Of a stretch of 52,461 nt of DNA, positions 49,007 to 52,461 are shown piece by piece (the first letter of the stretch is position 1; each line of letters starts with the position of its first letter). Source of the DNA: Deltaproteobacteria bacterium (lineage in GTDB: Bacteria > Myxococcota_A > UBA9160 > SMWR01). The stretch lies in assembly GCA_032128375.1 (NCBI GenBank), contig JAQBGU010000065.1, positions 1 through 52,461 of the forward strand. The letters are read 5' to 3'. Under the pieces are notes generated by a model, which was not told where the DNA came from, did no database searches, and was given only the letters and a program-made list of their open reading frames with translations. Both the position numbers and the translations under genes were made by a program.

Positions 49007-49241
49007 TTTGGTCTCGCGTCATCGGAGACGATGTCGCCGGAACGCGAGTGGCCCCCCAAAACCCCGTGTCTTCGCTGGGTTTTGCGATATGGCCCTCGCG
49101 AACCCGAACCGGAGACTCCGGGTTCCGGGCGCGGATGAAGCAGCAGCCCGTGTTTTTCTCTGTTGCCAACTTGGGCGGTTCGGATTCGCTTTTGATTCGC
49201 CCCAGCGAAGAGCAGGGCTCAAGCGTGGACACACTGCGCGG

Positions 49242-49837
49242 TTACATCAGGAAAGTTGAAATCTTCGAGGACCACGCGGCCGAGGGGTTTCTGTATGCCC
49301 CAACTATATCGCTACTAGGGAAAAGCTCCAGATTGCCCTCGTTCGGATTGCCGGACTTCCCGATCTTCGGGTAGTAGGTACCCAGGACCACCCAGGTCCC
49401 GTGGCCCAGAACGGTGCCGACGAAGAAAGAGGTCTCATTGGTCGGGGCGCATACCTCCGTAAAGAATCGCTGCCGAACCCCTGCAATCGCCTCCTCCTCG
49501 CTGTCACCCCGGTCGATATGCCTCCAGTAGAGGCGACCCAGTTCCCAGTCCTCGTTCATCATCGTATGACTGTTGCAGCGGTCGTCATCGCAGCGGAATT
49601 TTTACCTGAACTTGTAGGGCAGCTTTCGAACTGGCTCGCGGGATGCTCCCCTAGTCTCCCACAGGCGCTCCTGCTTGATTGCGTCCAGAGCAGACTGCTT
49701 CCAGTCCCGTTCCTTTTCTTCCTCGACAACGAAATCCTCGATCACTTTCGGGCGGAAGATTCCGAGTGAAGTATTGTCGGCCTTTTGCGCGTCCTTCAGC
49801 TCCTCCATGGACTTGGCCACCTTCTTCAGGACGTAGC
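49242..49837 (-). pseudogene. 3' part of a hypothetical gene, cut by IS21 and carrying an in-frame TAA
   Basis: One frame: ..SLGIFRP..KLPYKFR*KFRCDDDRCNSHTMMNEDWELG..FFVGT..WVVLGTYYP; TAA at 49602-49604. Confidence 0.75.
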
Positions 49838-49850
49838 TGCGTATTTCGGA

Positions 49851-50017
49851 CCATCGTGAACACCTAGATCGGTGATCGTGAACACCCACTGCGTCGGGTG
49901 TTGAACTCGCCTAGATCGGTGATCGTGAACAGCTCGATCGGAGTCGTGAACGCTTCGATCGGTCATCGTGAACACCTCGATCGGCCATCGTGAACACTTC
50001 GATCGGGGATCGTGAAC
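49851..50017 (+). repeat. IS21 left-end subterminal ~22-bp repeats (7 tcgtgaac cores)
   Basis: Cores at 49854, 49876, 49923, 49944, 49966, 49988, 50010. Confidence 0.92.
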
Positions 50018-50102
50018 GGGGCAAGCTCCCCCCATCAAGGGGGGCAGTAGAAGCGACGCTGGACAGACCGGCTGCAATCGAGCCTCCCGGATGGGGGGAG
50101 CG

Positions 50103-51641
50103 ATGGCAGGTGAGAGGTTGTCCATGCGCAAGACACGCGAGATCCTGAAACAGAAGTGGTTGCTGGAGCAAAGTCACCGCGAGGTGGGCCGAAGTCTCGA
50201 CCTGTCGGTCGGGATGGTTGCTGCGACTCTGGGTCGAGCCGGGACGGCAGGACTGGGGACCTGGGACGCGGTCGCGGCACTGTCGGACCGCGAACTCGAA
50301 GCCCGGCTCTACGGTCCTGGCCGGGCGTCGACTCGTCCTCGACCCGACCCGGTGTGGATCCACACCGAGCGCCAGCACAAGGGCGTCACCCTCGAGCTAC
50401 TCCACCACGAGTACCTCGAGCAGCACCCGGGCGGCTACCGCTACACGCAGTTCTGTGAGTACTACCGGCGCTGGTGTAAGCGCCAGAAACTCTCGATGCG
50501 CCAGATTCACCGCGCCGGCGAGAAAATGTTCGTCGACTACGCAGGTCAGCAACCGAAGGTCGTGGACCCTGCGACCGGCGAGGTGCGCGATGTCGAGTTG
50601 TTCGTCGCCGTGCTCGGGGCCTCGAGTTACACCTACGCCGAGGCAACCGAGACCCAGCAGGTGGCAGACTTCGTGGCGAGCCACACCCGGGCGCTCACGT
50701 TTTTCGGTGGAGTCCCCGAACTCGTCGTCCCAGACCAGCTCAAGAGCGGGGTCACACAAGCATGTCGATACGAGCCGGGCGTACAGCGAAGTTACGACGA
50801 ATGGAGCCAGCACTTCGCTACCACGATCCTGCCCGCGCGGCCCCGCAAACCCCGCGACAAGGCAAAAGTCGAAGTCGCAGTCCAGGTAGCCGAGCGCTGG
50901 ATCCTGGCTCGGATACGTCACGAGACGTTCTTCTCGTTGGCAGAGCTGAACGAACGGATCGGCGTCCTGCGCACTGACCTCAACGACCGCATGATGCGGG
51001 GATACGGCCAGAGTCGCCGCGAGCGTTTCGAGCAGATCGATCAGCCTGCGCTTCGTCCACTACCGACCGAGCCCTTCGAGCTGTCCGAGTGGAAGCACGC
51101 AAAGGTGAACCTCGACTACCACGTCGTACTCGATCGTCATTTCTACTCCGTTCCCCATCCCCTGGTGCACGAACGCGTTGAACTGCGCTTCACGAAAACG
51201 AGCGTGGAGGTGCTCCACAAGGGCCAGCGCGTCGCTCTGCACCGGCGCGATCCCATGCCCGGGACCTACACCACCGTGCCCGTCCATATGCCCAAGGCCC
51301 ACCAGAAGCACCTGGCCTGGACCCCGACGCGGCTGATCCACTGGGGGAGCTCGATCGGGCCCGAGACTGAAGCGCTCGTGAGCGCGATCCTGAAGGACCG
51401 TCCCCACCCCGAGCAGGGCTACCGCTCGTGCCTCGGGATTTTGAAACTCAGCAAGGCCTATGGACCGCAGCGACTCGAGCGCGCTTGCAAGCGAGCTGTG
51501 GCGGTCGGTGCGCGCTCCTATCGCCACGTGAACTCGATCTTGAAAAATGGACTCGATCGAGTCGAACCGGTGGAGCCCGATCCCCAATCCCGTCTACCGC
51601 TCGAACACGAGAACGTTCGCGGCGGGGACTACTACAACTAA
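50103..51641 (+). CDS. istA: IS21 transposase IstA
   Basis: GEKMFVDYAG, VPDQLKSGV, PARPRKPRDKAKVE DDE region, HENVRG..YY. Confidence 0.97.
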   Translation: MAGERLSMRKTREILKQKWLLEQSHREVGRSLDLSVGMVAATLGRAGTAGLGTWDAVAALSDRELEARLYGPGRASTRPRPDPVWIHTERQHKGVTLELLHHEYLEQHPGGYRYTQFCEYYRRWCKRQKLSMRQIHRAGEKMFVDYAGQQPKVVDPATGEVRDVELFVAVLGASSYTYAEATETQQVADFVASHTRALTFFGGVPELVVPDQLKSGVTQACRYEPGVQRSYDEWSQHFATTILPARPRKPRDKAKVEVAVQVAERWILARIRHETFFSLAELNERIGVLRTDLNDRMMRGYGQSRRERFEQIDQPALRPLPTEPFELSEWKHAKVNLDYHVVLDRHFYSVPHPLVHERVELRFTKTSVEVLHKGQRVALHRRDPMPGTYTTVPVHMPKAHQKHLAWTPTRLIHWGSSIGPETEALVSAILKDRPHPEQGYRSCLGILKLSKAYGPQRLERACKRAVAVGARSYRHVNSILKNGLDRVEPVEPDPQSRLPLEHENVRGGDYYN

Positions 51642-51675
51642 CCGAACCATCGAACGAACAAGGAGAGACACCAAG

Positions 51676-52416
51676 ATGCTTACCCAACCCACTGTGGAAC
51701 AGCTCACCGAGCTGCGCCTCAATGCACTGGCTCGCGCCTGGCAGCAACAGCAGGAAGATCCAACGATCAGCGAGCTGGGCTTCGACGAACGGCTTGCTCT
51801 GCTCGTCGACGCCGAATGGATCGACCGGCAGAACAAGCGCCTGACCCGACTGCTTCGCGAAGCCAAGCTCCGGATCTCCGGCGCCTGTATGGAGGACATC
51901 GAGTACGCCAAGGAGCGTAAGCTCGACAAAGCCATCGTGCGTCAGCTCGCTGCCGGACGCTGGATCGAGGCCCACCAAAACGTGGTCATCACCGGTGCGA
52001 CCGGAGTCGGGAAGACCTACCTCGCCTGCGCGCTCGCGCAGCAGGCTTGCCGGCTCGGATACCGCGTCCTCTATCGACGGGCACCCCGGCTGTTCGACGA
52101 GCTGACGCTGGCGCGGGCCGACGGCAGCTACACACGACTGCTCGCCCGCTTCGCGCGCATGGACGTGCTGCTGCTCGACGACTGGGGCCTCGCACCGGTC
52201 CAAGACATTGAGCGGCGGGATCTGCTCGAGATCATGGAAGATCGCCACGGCATCCGCTCCACGATCTGGACCAGCCAGATCCCTGTCGCCCAGTGGCACG
52301 ATCACGTGGGCGACCCCACGATCGCCGATGCCATCTGCGACCGGTTGCTCCACAACGCCCACCGGATCGTGCTACACGGTCCGTCACGGAGGAAAGTCCA
52401 GGCCAAGGGAGACTGA
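51676..52416 (+). CDS. istB: IS21 helper ATPase IstB
   Basis: GATGVGKT Walker A, LLLDDWG Walker B, ADAICDRL; RBS AGGAG. Confidence 0.97.
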   Translation: MLTQPTVEQLTELRLNALARAWQQQQEDPTISELGFDERLALLVDAEWIDRQNKRLTRLLREAKLRISGACMEDIEYAKERKLDKAIVRQLAAGRWIEAHQNVVITGATGVGKTYLACALAQQACRLGYRVLYRRAPRLFDELTLARADGSYTRLLARFARMDVLLLDDWGLAPVQDIERRDLLEIMEDRHGIRSTIWTSQIPVAQWHDHVGDPTIADAICDRLLHNAHRIVLHGPSRRKVQAKGD

Positions 52417-52461
52417 AAACAGAGCCAGCGTCGCCGCCCCGTTCACGATCCCCGATCGAGG

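Larger units (their letters stand above)
49838..52461 (+). mobile_element. IS21-family insertion sequence (right end runs off the window)
   Basis: 5'-TG start, subterminal repeats, istA + istB, inverted repeat copy at 52441-52461. Confidence 0.95.

Noticed and set aside
49851..50017. CRISPR-like repeat array
   Set aside because: Repeats are nearly contiguous with no unique spacers, recur inverted at 52441, and flank istAB: these are IS21 terminal repeats. No cas genes.

Overview
GC-rich Gram-negative chromosomal window. Taxonomy is inferred only: possibly Myxococcota/deltaproteobacterial, from the PEP-CTERM tail, AddAB-type recombinase and TolC systems. Left part (1-28.9 kb): lipid/steroid-catabolism-like genes, a class I fumarase, MATE, addAB, a VTC-domain/DUF4956/membrane-fusion/TolC-like operon facing a CotH-kinase plus PEP-CTERM operon, TetR, MltB and an F420-dependent reductase. 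Middle part (28.9-48.4 kb) looks accessory: an ArsR/persulfide dioxygenase-rhodanese/YeiH sulfur module, a membrane LuxR/beta-barrel/secreted-protein module, a YejM-like sulfatase, a two-component system, an RND efflux operon and several gene relics. Right end: three tRNA-Ser genes, then a nonsense-mutated gene cut by an IS21 element. Best candidate for an undescribed system is a possible trans-envelope polyphosphate synthesis/export machine (VTC + DUF4956 + MFP + TolC, with no ABC/RND pump) coupled to a dockerin-bearing CotH ectokinase anchored by a cohesin-like PEP-CTERM protein. Also notable is an in-frame Thr/Ala codon tract joining the fumarase stop codon to the next flavoprotein. All family assignments come from motif recognition; no searches were run.
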